DNA of 63,052 nt, filler included, from Octopus bimaculoides (taxonomy: Eukaryota), in assembly GCF_001194135.2 (NCBI RefSeq). It is 6 parts of 4 records of this genome, joined end to end, with 100 filler letters (N's around TTAATTAATTAA, not from the genome) between each part and the next. Parts side by side here need not be neighbours in the genome. Positions count along the whole stretch, not along the records: positions 1 to 13,217 come from NC_068982.1; 5 more parts are not named here. One strand, given 5' to 3'. Below the pieces are notes generated by a model. It did not search any database. It was not told the DNA's origin and worked only from the letters and a program-made list of their open reading frames with translations. The position numbers and the translations under genes were made by a program. Positions 1 through 13,217 of the stretch are shown piece by piece (position 1 is the first letter of the stretch; the number at the start of each line of letters is the position of its first letter).

Positions 1-169
1 CGGTAGACGTCTACTGTTAAACATCGGAATTGGTTAGTTTTCATTGTTTTTTCTTCTTGTTTTTGCCTTTGTGAGTTACAAGTGATGCTACCTGTGGGAT
101 TCTCAGCTTTTTTAGCTGCTATTTCTGAACTTCGGTATATGGTGAAGCAAATATTTGCTGATCCCTTAA

Positions 170-207
<38 letters not shown>

Positions 208-440
208 TGTGATGCAGTACCAGGTAGTGGCTGTCATGACTTCTGATCTTTATCAATTGTAAGTGTTATCATGAACAGGTTTTTTCTTGGTATAAAGGAT
301 GTTCTACACCAAATATTCTCTCCAATACCACAAATTTGCTAGTCAGTTGATTGACCTTAACTAGTTGAGCATATATATCCCTTGGTGTTTGACGATTTGT
401 AGATATCTTATCACGAGCAGAAGTAGTGGGGGAGTATCAT

Positions 441-518
441 AGACATGTGTTGAAAGGAATAGCCATGTGTTGAGAGGAATAGCCATGTGTTGAGAGGAAT
501 AGCCATGTGTTGAGAGGA
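441..518. repeat. 20-bp minisatellite, about 4 copies (AGCCATGTGTTGAGAGGAAT)
   Basis: Directly visible head-to-tail units at 441, 461, 481 and 501, with no spacers. Confidence 0.95.
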
Positions 519-2120
519 TTTGGATAATTCATCTTTGGAAACGTGGGTGTTTCGTTTAACATCCTTAAGCAACTATTATTCATGAACCTTTTGAGCGGGA
601 TGGGCTACTTGACCCGAAGAAAGTTCTAACTGGGTCCCATCTGCTATGTTATATGCTGTTTATCTTGATATGAGATCACCATACCGTGCACATATGGTTG
701 TGATGTATGTGCCTGGTGTACCCTTATCAGACGAGTAGTTATGATGGATATACCGGGCTTTGTAGATTTGCACACCAGTGCCATTTGGAATGCACGCGCT
801 GCTCTCTCACTGAATAATAATAACATTTTCTGTATTCACCACAAAAATATTGGGGAGAGAATACGACAATGCAATTAACTGTTATATCGCACGTTTGGTT
901 GACCTCTACTGAACTACTCAACTACCCCGACGTCTAGACTTCTCCCTCTATATCTACGTATTGGGCCAGCCTACTTAATTGTCTGGGGGCGTCGATACAG
1001 CAAAAACCAACAAGCAAACTATGAGGAGGATAATAAAATACATTTCAACAGTGAAAAATTCCTCAAATTAGGAAGACTTTCCAGGGCTTCTTGTAATAAC
1101 GTCACATAACTACCGTTGCCCTCACTACTTGTGTACCTGCTCTCTCCACATTGTTCTCTTTGTACCTACAGGCGCCTGCTTAGAACAGGCCCGTTCACTC
1201 GGGTCATTCTTACAACATTCACCCACCGTTTAACAAAAGTGGAGGAAGTCAGTACTTCCTACCCTAAATAATGAGAAACAAGCAAACAATCAAGCCATGC
1301 TTTTAATATTGATTCTGCTGACTTTTATTTTTTCACTTTAAACTGTCAAATTGAACCAAACGTTTTGAATTATTTTCTGTAGATTTTCTATAAACTTTCT
1401 TTTCTCAAAATATTTAATTTTTGCATTAAATATCGAAACTTGAAAAAAGCCCATATAAACACACCAATAATGAAATATTAAAAAATAATAATGAAATAGA
1501 AAAATGAACATCCCATGGTCCTAAATAGCCTCATTTGCATGATTATTCAAAACTATATTGAAACCGCTTGTAACATTTATAAGCTGATTGTGATGAATGA
1601 TAGCATAATTTCTAATTGATATCGAATGAACATGTACGGTGACGTACAAAATTGTTTACCGTTATACAAACATTTTTGAAAGGTTTTCTTTGGTGGTACA
1701 AAACAGGCATTTTTAATTTTCATGCGTTACCATTTAATTAGTTAAATGGTAAAGGCCACAGTATTAATGTTGCGGAATTTTACTATTGCAGTAAAAAAAA
1801 GAAAAATAAGTGACAAGAATTTTTGAAACTATGTTTGAAAACCAGCCAAAACTAAAACTGAAGCAAAAGAGCACCCATAAATATATGAGCCACACGCTCA
1901 GACACACGCATAATCACACACACACATACACGCACATACACTCAAACATATTTACAGATACACATATGTAAAAAAGGGAAAGAAATCATTATACAGTATT
2001 AGCTCATGTTACTATCTGTATTTTTAGGTCTCATATATCGATATTTGCATGAATCTCTATATCTATGTATCTCTATCTCTCTTTATATATGTATATACAC
2101 TTATATATATNNNNNNNNNN

Positions 2121-2154
<34 letters not shown>

Positions 2155-2512
2155 ACTAATACATACATAGCTACACATACACACACATGTATGGCTGAAT
2201 CTCTCTCTCTCTCTCTATCTCTCTATACATCTATCCAAGTATCTATCTTAATCAAGGATGAATGGGCGGGGTGCACTTAAAAAAGTGTATTGGCGTAAGA
2301 CGTGATCACTGCGTGTGCGATCCAGTAGTATATGTGCACCCGCACGTATATGTATACATGTGTTTGTGCGACTCCGTGTTCGTGTGCGTGTATGTAGTGG
2401 TAGGATGACTAGCTAACATGATCTTTTCAACTGAAGTCTGTAACTAAATCAGTAAGAACACAACATACACTCCCAATGTTGAACATTTGCATGTTCAACA
2501 TATTCCAGCAGC

Positions 2513-2563
<51 letters not shown>

Positions 2564-2564
<1 letters not shown>

Positions 2565-4059
2565 TTGAAAATATGTGAAAATATATATAAAAAGTGGAAG
2601 AGAGATGCCTTCGTTTCACATAGTTTAATATCTTTTATAAAAGATTTGAAAAAATATATATATATTTTATGGATGTTGTGATATCCAACCGGTTTTCACA
2701 ATTTAAATTAGCTTTTCAAGGGACATGGTGAAGTAATCAATTCTTGTGACAAAGGAGTTTCGCCATTTTTGATACTTGAAAAATAAGAATGAGTCTAGGG
2801 AGTGGACCAATAGATGCAACAGGTGGCAAGTAGGACAACAAATTCTTCAGTATAATTTTTGAAGTGGTCAAGTCTGTATATTAAGGTGTAGTCTGTACTT
2901 TTTTATGAACAGGTTTTTCTTGTTTAGGTGTTGTTGTAAGGAGACTGAATCTTTGCATTGGTATAATGGAAAGATATGGAAATTCGGCGTTTTATTTCTT
3001 GCGCATCTGTGATATGTTCGCTCAGGGCCATCTGTCTCTATTGAGTAAAAACGAATCTGATCTTTATGCCGCGTGACTCTGCGTCTGAAAGCATGACTCG
3101 TTTGGCCCACATAATTGTGGCCACAACCTTAGCAGATTAGGATATAGACAAGGTTCTGGGAAGCACATGTGAACTTGGTCTTAATTGAGAATTTTTCTCC
3201 TTGCTGGAATGTGAATTCCGAGCCTTGAGTAATTTATTGGCATGTACCACAATTAGGATGTCTGCACTTTTAAACTGTTGGTACCGTATGTATTAAGTAT
3301 AGTTTTGCATTTATTAGGCGTCTCTTGAGAGATTTGTGGTGACTTTTGCATTTCAGGAGTTTATGTGTATTTAACATGTTGTTCATTTTCGGGTCTTGAT
3401 TGGGGAGCGGGAGATTTTGTATAATTGTGTTGTATGCCTCATTGTTTGTGGGGTTGTGGGATGATATGTATGGAAGTGATTTAAAGTGAGGTGTGGTTTT
3501 TTGTTTTGTTGTCCTTAGTGTGTTTGTGTCCAATTTCTTGACACATGTAATTCCATAGTCTATAAGTGCGGTGGGTATTGACTTTCAATGTGCGTTATTT
3601 TGAGGTCTTGTTGGCGAAGTCCCCGAGTGGTTGTATTAGATACAATTGTACAGATCCATTTTGCTACATTGAATGGGATATTTATTTTGGTGTATTTAGG
3701 ATGGCATGAACTTAAAATGAGGTACTGTTTTGAGTCTGTTGATTTGTAGTAGATATCAGTTGCAATTTGGTTGTTGTATTTTTTTTTAGTCAAAATGTTC
3801 AAAAATTGGAGCTGTTCCTTGCTATATCTCATTGTGAATTAAAAATTGGAGTTTATATTGTTCAGAGTGGATTTGAAATCAAGGAGTTTACCAAAGGTTT
3901 CATTCCTGATAATAAAACAATCTAAGTGCCTTTTTCAAGTTTCTCTTATATGCTGGTGGAATGGGGGTCCAAATTTTTGGGACGAAAGTTCATATAGGGT
4001 AGATTCAAAGAAACCCATAATTAAGTTCCCAAAGACAGGCGCTGCTTTCGTTTCCATCG
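2564..4059 (-). mobile_element. Penelope-like retroelement, 5'-truncated: RT C-terminal half, GIY-YIG endonuclease and 3' pseudo-LTR (decayed)
   Basis: Minus-strand translations give SMETKAAPVFGNLIMG (the AMGT..AP..ANL RT motif), TDIYYKSTDSKQYL..SSCHPKYTKINIP (the PLE thumb motif) and GQTSHAFRRRVTRHK...NLFIKKYRLHLN (GIY-YIG). Stops and frameshifts are present. Confidence 0.9.
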
Positions 4060-4176
4060 AAGTTCTCCCGGACCGCATAAACTAGACTTTTTGTCATTGA
4101 ATCCCTGAAGTTCATCCTACAAAACAATTGCTTCCCATTCGATGCAACATACTACCGCCAAAAATGCAGTATTGCA
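4059..4176 (+). mobile_element. Inverted ~118-bp Penelope RT segment
   Basis: The plus strand reads EVLPDRIN..FVIESLKFILQNNCFPFDATYYRQKCSIA. This is the RT stretch that should directly precede the minus-strand M(G/E)TKAAP at 4056. Confidence 0.8.
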
Positions 4177-5185
4177 CTGAATGTCAATACCCACCGCACT
4201 TATAGACCATGGAATTACACGTGTAAAGAAATTGGACACAAGCACATTAGAGACAACAAAACAAAGTACCACACCCCACTTCCATATATATCAACCCACA
4301 ACCCCACATACAATGATGCATACAACACAATTATACAAAATCTCCCTCTGCTCACTCAAGACACAAAAATGAACGACATCCTAAATTCACATAAACTCCT
4401 GAAATGCAAAAGACAAGACAAATCTCTCAAGAGACTCCTAACAAATGCAAAACTATACTCAATACATACGATACCAACAGTTTAAAAATGCAGACGACCT
4501 AATTGTGGTACTTGCCCATACCTAACTGAAGGCTTGAAATTCACAATCTAGCAAGGAGAAACATTCTCAATTGAGACCAACTTCACATGTGCTTCCCAGA
4601 ACCTTATGTATGTCCTAACCTGCTCAGGTTGTGACTACAGCTATGTGGGCCAAACGAGCCTTACTTTCAGACACAGAGTCACGCGACATAAAGAACAGAT
4701 TCGTTTTCCTCAATAGAGGCAGATGGCCCTGAGCGAACATATCAACAGATGCGCAAGAAATAAAACGCCGAATTTCCATATCTTTCCATTATACCAATAC
4801 AAAGATTCAATCTCCTTACAAGAACGCCTAAACGAGGAAAACCTGTTCATACAAAAGTACAGACAGACACCGTAATATACAGACTTGACCACTTCAAAAA
4901 TTATACTGTCCTACTTGCCACCTGTTGCATCTCTTGGTCCACTCTCTAGACTCATGCTTTTTTTTCAAGCATCCAAAATGCTGAGACACCTTTGTCACAA
5001 GAATCGATTACTTCACCATGTCCCTTGAAAAGCCAATTTAAATAGCGAAAACCGGTTTGGTATCTCGATATCCATAAAGTATGTATATATTTTAAAAAAA
5101 ACAATTCTTTATAAAAAGATATTAAATTATGTGAAACGAAGGCATTTCTCTTGAACATTTTATATGTTTTCCACATATTTCAACT
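4174..5185 (+). mobile_element. Second, inverted copy of the Penelope 3' region (GIY-YIG plus pseudo-LTR)
   Basis: Aligns by eye to the reverse complement of 2564-3593 at roughly 85-90% identity, and both arms end at ACATATTTTCAAC. Confidence 0.9.
5022..5060 (+). ncRNA. Degenerate hammerhead-ribozyme-like motif in the Penelope pseudo-LTR (mirror copy at 2682-2725, minus)
   Basis: CCC-UUGAAAA-GCCAAUUUAAAUAGC-GAAAACCGGUUU-GG: U3-A8 core variant, imperfect stem II and palindromic stem III. Confidence 0.5.
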
Positions 5186-5261
5186 CATAATCTTGCTACG
5201 TGGTGTACACTGAATCTTCAGTATTTTTGCTCCTCTTATATTTCTACTAGATCTATATGTA

Positions 5262-5370
<109 letters not shown>

Positions 5371-5374
5371 CTTT

Positions 5375-5505
5375 ACATTCTGAGTTCAAATTCGCAGAGG
5401 TCGGTTTTGCCTTTCATCCTTTCGGGGTCGATAAATTCAGTACCAGTTACGTACTAGGGTCGATCAAATGGACTGGCCCTCTCCCATTCTGCCTAAAGTA
5501 GAAAG
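5375..5505 (+). mobile_element. SINE fragment, family B (TTCAAATTC..GAGGTCG..TTTGCCTTTCATCCTTTCGGGGTCGATAAA core, resembling the MetaSINE domain)
   Basis: The same core recurs at about 12.4-12.8, 19.5, 47.7, 51.0-51.4, 56.3 and 61.5 kb. The family name is an inference. Confidence 0.7.
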
Positions 5506-8231
5506 TATATANNNNNNNNNNNNNNNNNNNNNNNNNNNNNNNNNNNNNNNNNNNNNNNNNNNNNNNNNNNNNNNNNNNNNNNNNNNNNNNNNNNNNNNNN
5601 NNNNNNNNNNNNNNNNNNNNNNNAGAGAGAGAGAGAGAGAGAGAGGGAGGGAGGGAGAGAGAGAAACATAGAGAGAAACAGAGATAGAAAGAGACATGGC
5701 TCTCAATCATGTGACGGAGTATACATATATGTACAAATATATATAAACATATAAACACACATACACACACGCACACGCATACACATATGAATATGCATGT
5801 ATATATATATATATATATATGTATACGTCAACTGTTGAAATACAGTTGAAATTTTCTAATTATTTGATGATCACAGAAATGCGACTGGTTCACTACTTTC
5901 CATGTTTACACATCTCAGATTCATGACTGATTGAATAATTTTGTCATCCATTTTTCAAGCAAACTCTGTTTTCAGAATATTTAAAACTTCGCTCCCACGT
6001 TATGTAGGGAACATCAAAAGAAACCGTCATCCAATAAAGTGATAAGCAATATATTATACTGCCTTTCCAATGTCTGACTCGCGCAGCTATATCGAATTAA
6101 TTGGTATGCAGGTCGTGAGAGAAAATATTGCGATATAACTTTGGCATCTATTTATCATTTCTGAATTGCTCCTCGAATATACAATTGTTTACTATTATGA
6201 AAGTCTGCAGGCGATGAGTTACTCCAAGCTGGGTGACTATTTCAACATATTAACGATAAAAATGTTGGTGTTGACTCAATATTGCAATTTATTGCTTTTA
6301 AGTTTAGAAGGCTATTGCTANNNNNNNNNNNNNNNNNNNNNNNNNNNNNNNNNNNNNNNNNNNNNNNNNNNNNNNNNNNNNNNNNNNNNNNNNNNNNNNN
6401 NNNNNNNNNNNNNNNNNNNNNNNNNNNNNNNNNNNNNNNNNNNNNNNNNNNNNNNNNNNNNNNNNNNNNNNNNNNNNNNNNNNNNNNNNNNNNNNNNNNN
6501 NNNNNNNNNNNNNNNNNNNNNNNNNNNNNNNNNNNNNNNNNNNNNNNNNNNNNNNNNNNNNNNNNNNNNNNNNNNNNNNNNNNNNNNNNNNNNNNNNNNN
6601 NNNNNNNNNNNNNNNNNNNNNNNNNNNNNNNNNNNNNNNNNNNNNNNNNNNNNNNNNNNNNNNNNNNNNNNNNNNNNNNNNNNNNNNNNNNNNNNNNNNN
6701 NNNNNNNNNNNNNNNNNNNNNNNNNNNNNNNNNNNNNNNNNNNNNNNNNNNNNNNNNNNNNNNNNNNNNNNNNNNNNNNNNNNNNNNNNNNNNNNNNNNN
6801 NNNNNNNNNNNNNNNNNNNNNNNNNNNNNNNNNTATATATATATATATATATTTATATATATAGCAATAAACAAGACAAACAACTGTAATTACATTGTTC
6901 TTAATGTATCACCAGCAAAAGTGACTAGGTTGATGGTGTTCTGAACATCTGGTGGTGATCTGTATGCTTTAACTTAACGTTTAATATTGTATTTACCAAG
7001 TGGGAAATGGCTGAATGACTTCCCTATAAAAAAGATCGCGATGAAGTCCGATTAACTACTCTAACTACAGTAGCACCACAGAATAGAGTGTAGATTTCTA
7101 CATTACTGTATACATAATACGTATGGCAGTAAGATGGGGTTTTCAAGTCGTACATCGGATCTTGCGTGATCTTTCTATCTTACTCTTCTCATTAGGTGGG
7201 AGCCAGCATATTGATATTCTACTATGTTGTTTGTTTGGGATGTACAATACAATTACTTGCAAAATGGAAATGGTATTGCTTGACGATGTCTGCTAATGAT
7301 TGAGAATGTACAATTTGTAGGAATTGCTCATTAAGGATTCTCTCTTTTTATATACGGTACACGATTCTTTACAGCCATAGCAAGTGTATGTTCTTCTACT
7401 TCAGTCATGAGAAATTACACTTGCAAAATGGAAAGGCCGTTACTTTACAGTATCCACTAATGATTGGAAATAACTTTTTGTAGGAACTTGTCATTAATGC
7501 TTCTGTGCTTATATATAAAGTTAATTGTTTACTGAGAAGAATTAAGTATTAGATGTATTATTTCTTGAAGCATGATCAATCACACTTTAGATATTTTAGA
7601 GTAGCTTCACTAAAAGAACGAAATTGTTATTTTCTTTTCTTAGCTTTTCGTAATATTGCTTAGCACTGTTACAGTTAACATGATGCATACTGAGACATGT
7701 AGATATAAAGATATTGTCATACACAGAACAAATCACCTAGAGTGAGACATACTGTATAGCCAGGTAATCGAAATCTTAACTGTTCAGATATTCTACAGCT
7801 CAGATTTCAATATTTTAATAACATATACAGCCTAAGAGGCAAGACTGGTTTATCATGTTTTTATATTAAACGTTCGAGTTTTAGATTTATTCCCCATTTA
7901 CAGAATTGAATTTCCATAGTTTTCATTCTTAACTTTCATTTTCCAAATTAGAAAAATATGAATGTCGAAAAATATATTTTTCTATTTTTCCTGAAAATTT
8001 ATTTCTCAATATATCATCCTAAAAGCAATTTCTCTTCTCATCTTTCTTATCTTTATTTATTCCTACTCTATCGTATTTAGTGAAAACAAAATTTTAAAAC
8101 AATGATTAAATGCAGATTTTGGACAATATCTTAGTTGACAATGCGATATGCCATTAATACATACAAACATATAAATATATATATAAATACACACACATAT
8201 AATATATATATATGAATACATATACATACAT

Positions 8232-8274
<43 letters not shown>

Positions 8275-10268
8275 TATATGTATGTATTAGGTGAATGAGC
8301 GTGTGCGCGCTCATGTTTGTGTGTGTCTGTGTCTGTGCGTTTAGAAACTTAATATTATTTTGTAGTGAATGTTATGTGTCGTTTTATATTTAAAATTACC
8401 AACATTATATATTAAACTCCATTTACAGGTCTCTCAATGTAAGATTAGATATGATATTTAGCATTCAGCATATCTTGAAATTTGATCGAATACTATCAAA
8501 TAATATCGCATGTTTAATGAAGGAATATGCCATTATTATTTGTTATTATTGAATACCGTAATATAGTTGTTTTGATGCTGAAACATGTGGTATTTCGCGC
8601 TCACGCTCCCTATTATTATTTCATTGATTCTTTTTCTTTTCTCCCAACCCGACATATTTTAACTTAGTGACTTCGACATAGAACGGCAGAGGACATAATG
8701 CATTACAGGACCTCTGAGACTAGAATTATGAAGGCAAGATGTTATCCTTAGCTTTGCATGAATGTTTGTAGCAGAGTGGGTTCTGCTAGAGTCAGTTATT
8801 GATGTTATTTCGGTGCAAGGACTTCAAGCTTCTCCTATTTTAAATTATCTCCCCATAACCTGAAATCGATTGCACGTTACACCCGGATTTTGCCTGACTC
8901 GCGTTTCGTATAGTATTAATTTACTACTACGAAACGTCCAACCAGCTCCTACTCTGGGAGAATTGGACATCGTTATCGTCCACCTTACTGGTTATCTCAA
9001 CAGGATTTCAAGTTACTTGGTATTAATATTAGGCGAGAGTAATGCAAAATCATTACACTAGGTTTTGGTTAGTTAGCACCAATTTGTTTTTATTTATTTC
9101 ACTATTTTCGACCAGTCACTTTTCTCTTTCTCTATACTTCTACTTGTCATGATTTTACTGTTCTTGTATGTATGATCATTTATATGTATGGACTTCTATG
9201 TACGATCGTTTACAATCATTTATATGTATAATCTTGTACATATGATCATTTATATGCTTTTATACGTCACATAGCTACTTAACGTTTCCTTATCCATCAC
9301 TGTTTCTCCTAATCTCGACAATTTCGCCCTATTTTATCCCATCATGTGCACAATTGTTCTCTTCCATATATTTAATCAATCCTCATCATTCTATATTAGT
9401 GTATGTTATATGTTAAGAGCAACAAATTAATGCAAAATTACAGATTACACAGTGTTATTTTCCTGGGAGCAACGGAAAGGAACTTAATTTGATTCATGAA
9501 CTTCATAAATGATCACGAAATATAGTATAGAGGACATTATCGACTAGAAATATACATGCAGCTGAAAGTCTGAAAGCTGTATGTTCATTTTTCTTCCTAT
9601 CTAATATTATTTCTATACTATTGGCCATCAGTCGAATCAATTTTCTGAAACCCAATTCTGGGAAGTGGCTTATTTTGATGTCTCACTTTATTTCGAAATA
9701 ACAACTGCTCATTCTTGAAATCTCTATATTGATTTACTATGAATATGATTTTATTTTTCCATTAGTGGTGAATATCATATCGTATTCCTTTTTGGTTGCT
9801 GCACCAACTATTATCAAAAGATAATCCATGTAAAGTAATTTTTACATTTTTTCAATCAATTAAATCGTATATTCTACGAAAACAGTGGCATAGAGGCGTA
9901 AACACTTGTTTTTGCGTAAAACAAACGAAGCAACGTCAGAACGCGGACCCGGGTGCCAGGTATACAAGTGTCTGTGTTGCCACCTGCATTTGTACGTCGA
10001 CATATTCTTTATAAACCTACAATATCACAGTTTGAGATATTGTAGTCCTTGCCAGCGGTCGAGGATATTCGAAAAACGTCCACATAGTAACCTCAGTACG
10101 TGTCTTTATGGATGTATGTGCGTATGCATATATATAACAAAAATGGAAAAATATATTACATATCAAGCGTGTCATCTCATTTCAAAAAGAGTAAGGTTAC
10201 TAATATTACTAGCAATAAATATCTTCCTTTGCCAGAAATATGAAAAAATGTAGATATGCATATGCATG

Positions 10269-10320
<52 letters not shown>

Positions 10321-10374
10321 AATATATATATATGTATACATATATGTGTATTTGACCGTTGACTGAACACTATT

Positions 10375-10540
10375 CAATTTTTTTTCTCCGTGTTTTTCTC
10401 CTTGTCTCCGTATTCTTTCTGTTGAAGAGCGTAACTCGAAACGTCAAAGACTTTCCGTATTCCTGAGCGTCATACTAATACATCCTTTTGTTATTTACAC
10501 CACCTGTCCTCGTCTGTTGTTGTTTTTTCGTACGTTCTCC
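10375..10540 (+). mobile_element. Short non-coding interspersed element carrying a hammerhead-like motif (related copy at 33270-33445)
   Basis: Shares CTGTTGAAGAGC..CTCGAAACGT.AAAGACTTT...GAGCGT.A.ACTAATACATC...CACCTGTC.TCGTC with the 33.3-kb copy, and both lie next to (TA)n. Confidence 0.7.
10414..10450 (+). ncRNA. Minimal type-I hammerhead-like motif (variant core CUGUUGA)
   Basis: UCUUU-CUGUUGA-A-GAG(CGUAA)CUC-GAAACGUC-AAAGA: perfect 5-bp stem I, ACGU palindromic stem III and a GUC triplet, but U at the normally invariant A6. Confidence 0.5.
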
Positions 10541-12432
10541 CATATATATATATATATATATANNNNNNNNNNNNNNNNNNNNNNNNNNNNNNNNNNNNNN
10601 NNNNNNNNNNNNNNNNNNNNNNNNNNNNNNNNNNNNNNNNNNNNNNNNNNNNNNNNNNNNNNNNNNNNNNNNNNNNNNNNNNNNNNNNNNNNNNNNNNNN
10701 NNNNNNNNNNNNNNNNNNNNNNNNNNNNNNNNNNNNNNNNNNNNNNNNNNNNNNNNNNNNNNNNNNNNNNNNNNNNNNNNNNNNNNNNNNNNNNNNNNNN
10801 NNNNNNNNNNNNNNNNNNNNNNNNNNNNNNNNNNNNNNNNNNNNNNNNNNNNNNNNNNNNNNNNNNNNNNNNNNNNNNNNNNNNNNNNNNNNNNNNNNNN
10901 NNNNNNNNNNNNNNNNNNNNNNNNNNNNNNNNNNNNNNNNNNNNNNNNNNNNNNNNNNNNNNNNNNNNNNNNNNNNNNNNNNNNNNNNNNNNNNNNNNNN
11001 NNNNNNNNNNNNNNNNNNNNNNNNNNNNNNNNNNNNNNNNNNNNNNNNNNNNNNNNNNNNNNNNNNNNNNNNNNNNNNNNNNNNNNNNNNNNNNNNNNNN
11101 NNNNNNNNNNNNNNNNNNNNNNNNNNNNNNNNNNNNNNNNNNNNNNNNNNNNNNNNNNNNNNNNNNNNNATATAAATAAAGGTAAGATCTAAGGATCTAG
11201 GTGTAAGAAAATAGTAAACTTCCAGCAGTCCGTAGAAGGTATGAAACACAACTTTCACAACAATAATGGTTTATTGACGTAGAAGGTTGTATGTCTTCCC
11301 GTATCGAAGTTCGACAAGCAGCAAACATTGTCGTATAGTTTATGGCTAGCAGCAGGGGTTGCTGTGTATGCGAATAAAAATCCAAAATTATTGAATGGAC
11401 CAGATAAATCCAGGTTACATATGTTTCATAGCTAGCAGAACCTCGGAAGAAGTAATTATCCAAAACGAAGGGTAATCTGCTAGCTACTCATCGAGCCAAA
11501 TATACCTTAATGAAAAGAAGTTAAAATTTTCGTTCAGGGATGCCATATTGACTCGCAGTAGATTCAGTTGAACGACAATGTTAATTCCTTTTGATTAAGG
11601 TAACTAGAGAACCTTTCTTTTGATACCATCTCTTACATGTATTCGAGGTAATGTATCCCAGTGTATTTTATCCAAAAGGTGAATCCTGGGTTCCCTTCAT
11701 TAGATTATAAATAGTTTACAGACTGTAAATCTAAGCCAATTCAATGAATAAGGAGAATAATGCATCTACACATTTTTCATAGTCAAGTATACAGTATGTG
11801 TAATATAAATGTGTCCGACATATGTTTGTGCTTTATGGACATCTTGCAATGTGGTTTCCATGTTGCATACAGTTTTATCATTTGGTTAAGAGTCTATGCA
11901 GCTTTATTCAAGGTATTGCACACAGTTGTGGTTTGAAGCGAACTAAATGTATGTTGATTTAGGTGGTATTATATTTAGCAGGGGAGGCTAGTGTTTGAAT
12001 GAAAAGAATTAGAGGAACATTTAGAAACCTGATACGGCTATCATGCTGACCCCGAGGTTTGAAATTCGAATAATGAATACTAGACCTTAAAACAACCCTA
12101 AATTGGACACATCTATCACTGAACTCTTTTCCTTCTTTTTACTTCAATTAAGGCCATTGGACGAAACATATTGTGACTTAATATTCTTCAGATAAAATGA
12201 CGAAACAAAAAAATAAGAAATTGATACTTATATACACTTGAAATCTACTGACTCAGAATAATAACTTCAATTTTCATCATACCCTCCATAATATATCCAT
12301 TCTAATGTTCTACATAACTTTTTGAAACGAATTTGTCTAATAGCATTGAATTCTTATAAAATATCCGTATCTGGCATTCAAATAATCTAATAGATACCCT
12401 GTTGAATGGATCGGAAACGAAACAAGTCACAG

Positions 12433-12795
12433 GAGTCAATTGCGTCGACGCTAGTATATGACTGGTACTTATTTTATCGACTCCGAAATCCTGAAAGGCA
12501 AAGTCGATCTTGGAACAGAGGAAATGCCGCTAAGTATTCTGTCAGGTGTGCTAACAGTCCTTTAATCTTGTTCTTTTACGTTTAAACACAATAATGGTTT
12601 CAATTTTGGGACATGGCAGGCAGTTTTGAAGAGGGAGATAAGTCAATTACATCTACCCCAGTGGAAAACTGGTGCTTATTTTATCGCACTCAAAAACATG
12701 AAAGGCAAAGTCGACCTCGGTAGAATTTCATTTCAGAATGCCGCTAAGTATTCTGTCAGGCATGCTAACGATTCTACCAGCTCGCCACCTTCGTT
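12433..12795 (-). mobile_element. Two adjacent family-B SINE fragments
   Basis: GGTACTTATTTTATCG..GAAAGGCAAAGTCGA..GCCGCTAAGTATTCTGTCAGG occurs twice (about 12465 and 12672). Confidence 0.7.
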
Positions 12796-13217
12796 TTGAC
12801 ATAATGGTAATTATTACAAATACACTTTATTATTAACTGAATACCTAGCTTAGAAATCGTTCCCTTGTCGATATAGAACTTTTAATGGACATCAAAAGAC
12901 TGAAATGAGATCACTAAGTTGTTATACAATAGAAGATACGAACGAGATACATATGAAAGGGAAATAGCCATTGAATTTAACGATTGGAATTCAAACAACC
13001 GAAAGAAAATGATGGTTGGGAACTTTAGAACAAAGAGGTAAAACATTGAAAAGAATTTCCCTGTCTATCTCCAATCTTTAACTTAAAACCCGATGTCTTT
13101 CAAATATTCACGAAAACCAGCGATAATACTTGGAGACCCAGAGATCAAAGAAACGAAGAGAAAAAACCAATCAGTAAAAGTGAAAGACTAGAAATGCGTT
13201 AAAAATGAATGATGGAT

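Noticed and set aside
441-518. Possible CRISPR-like direct repeats
   Set aside because: The units are head-to-tail with no spacers, in a eukaryotic context.
1172-1271. Strong splice acceptor followed by a 33-codon frame (RLLRTGPFTRVILTT...)
   Set aside because: No recognisable protein and no partner exons; it could be LINE decay.
9906-10253. CpG-containing ORF with KCLCCH, reminiscent of the arrestin CCLCC motif
   Set aside because: The surrounding residues do not match the arrestin C-domain, and it begins with a non-ATG start.
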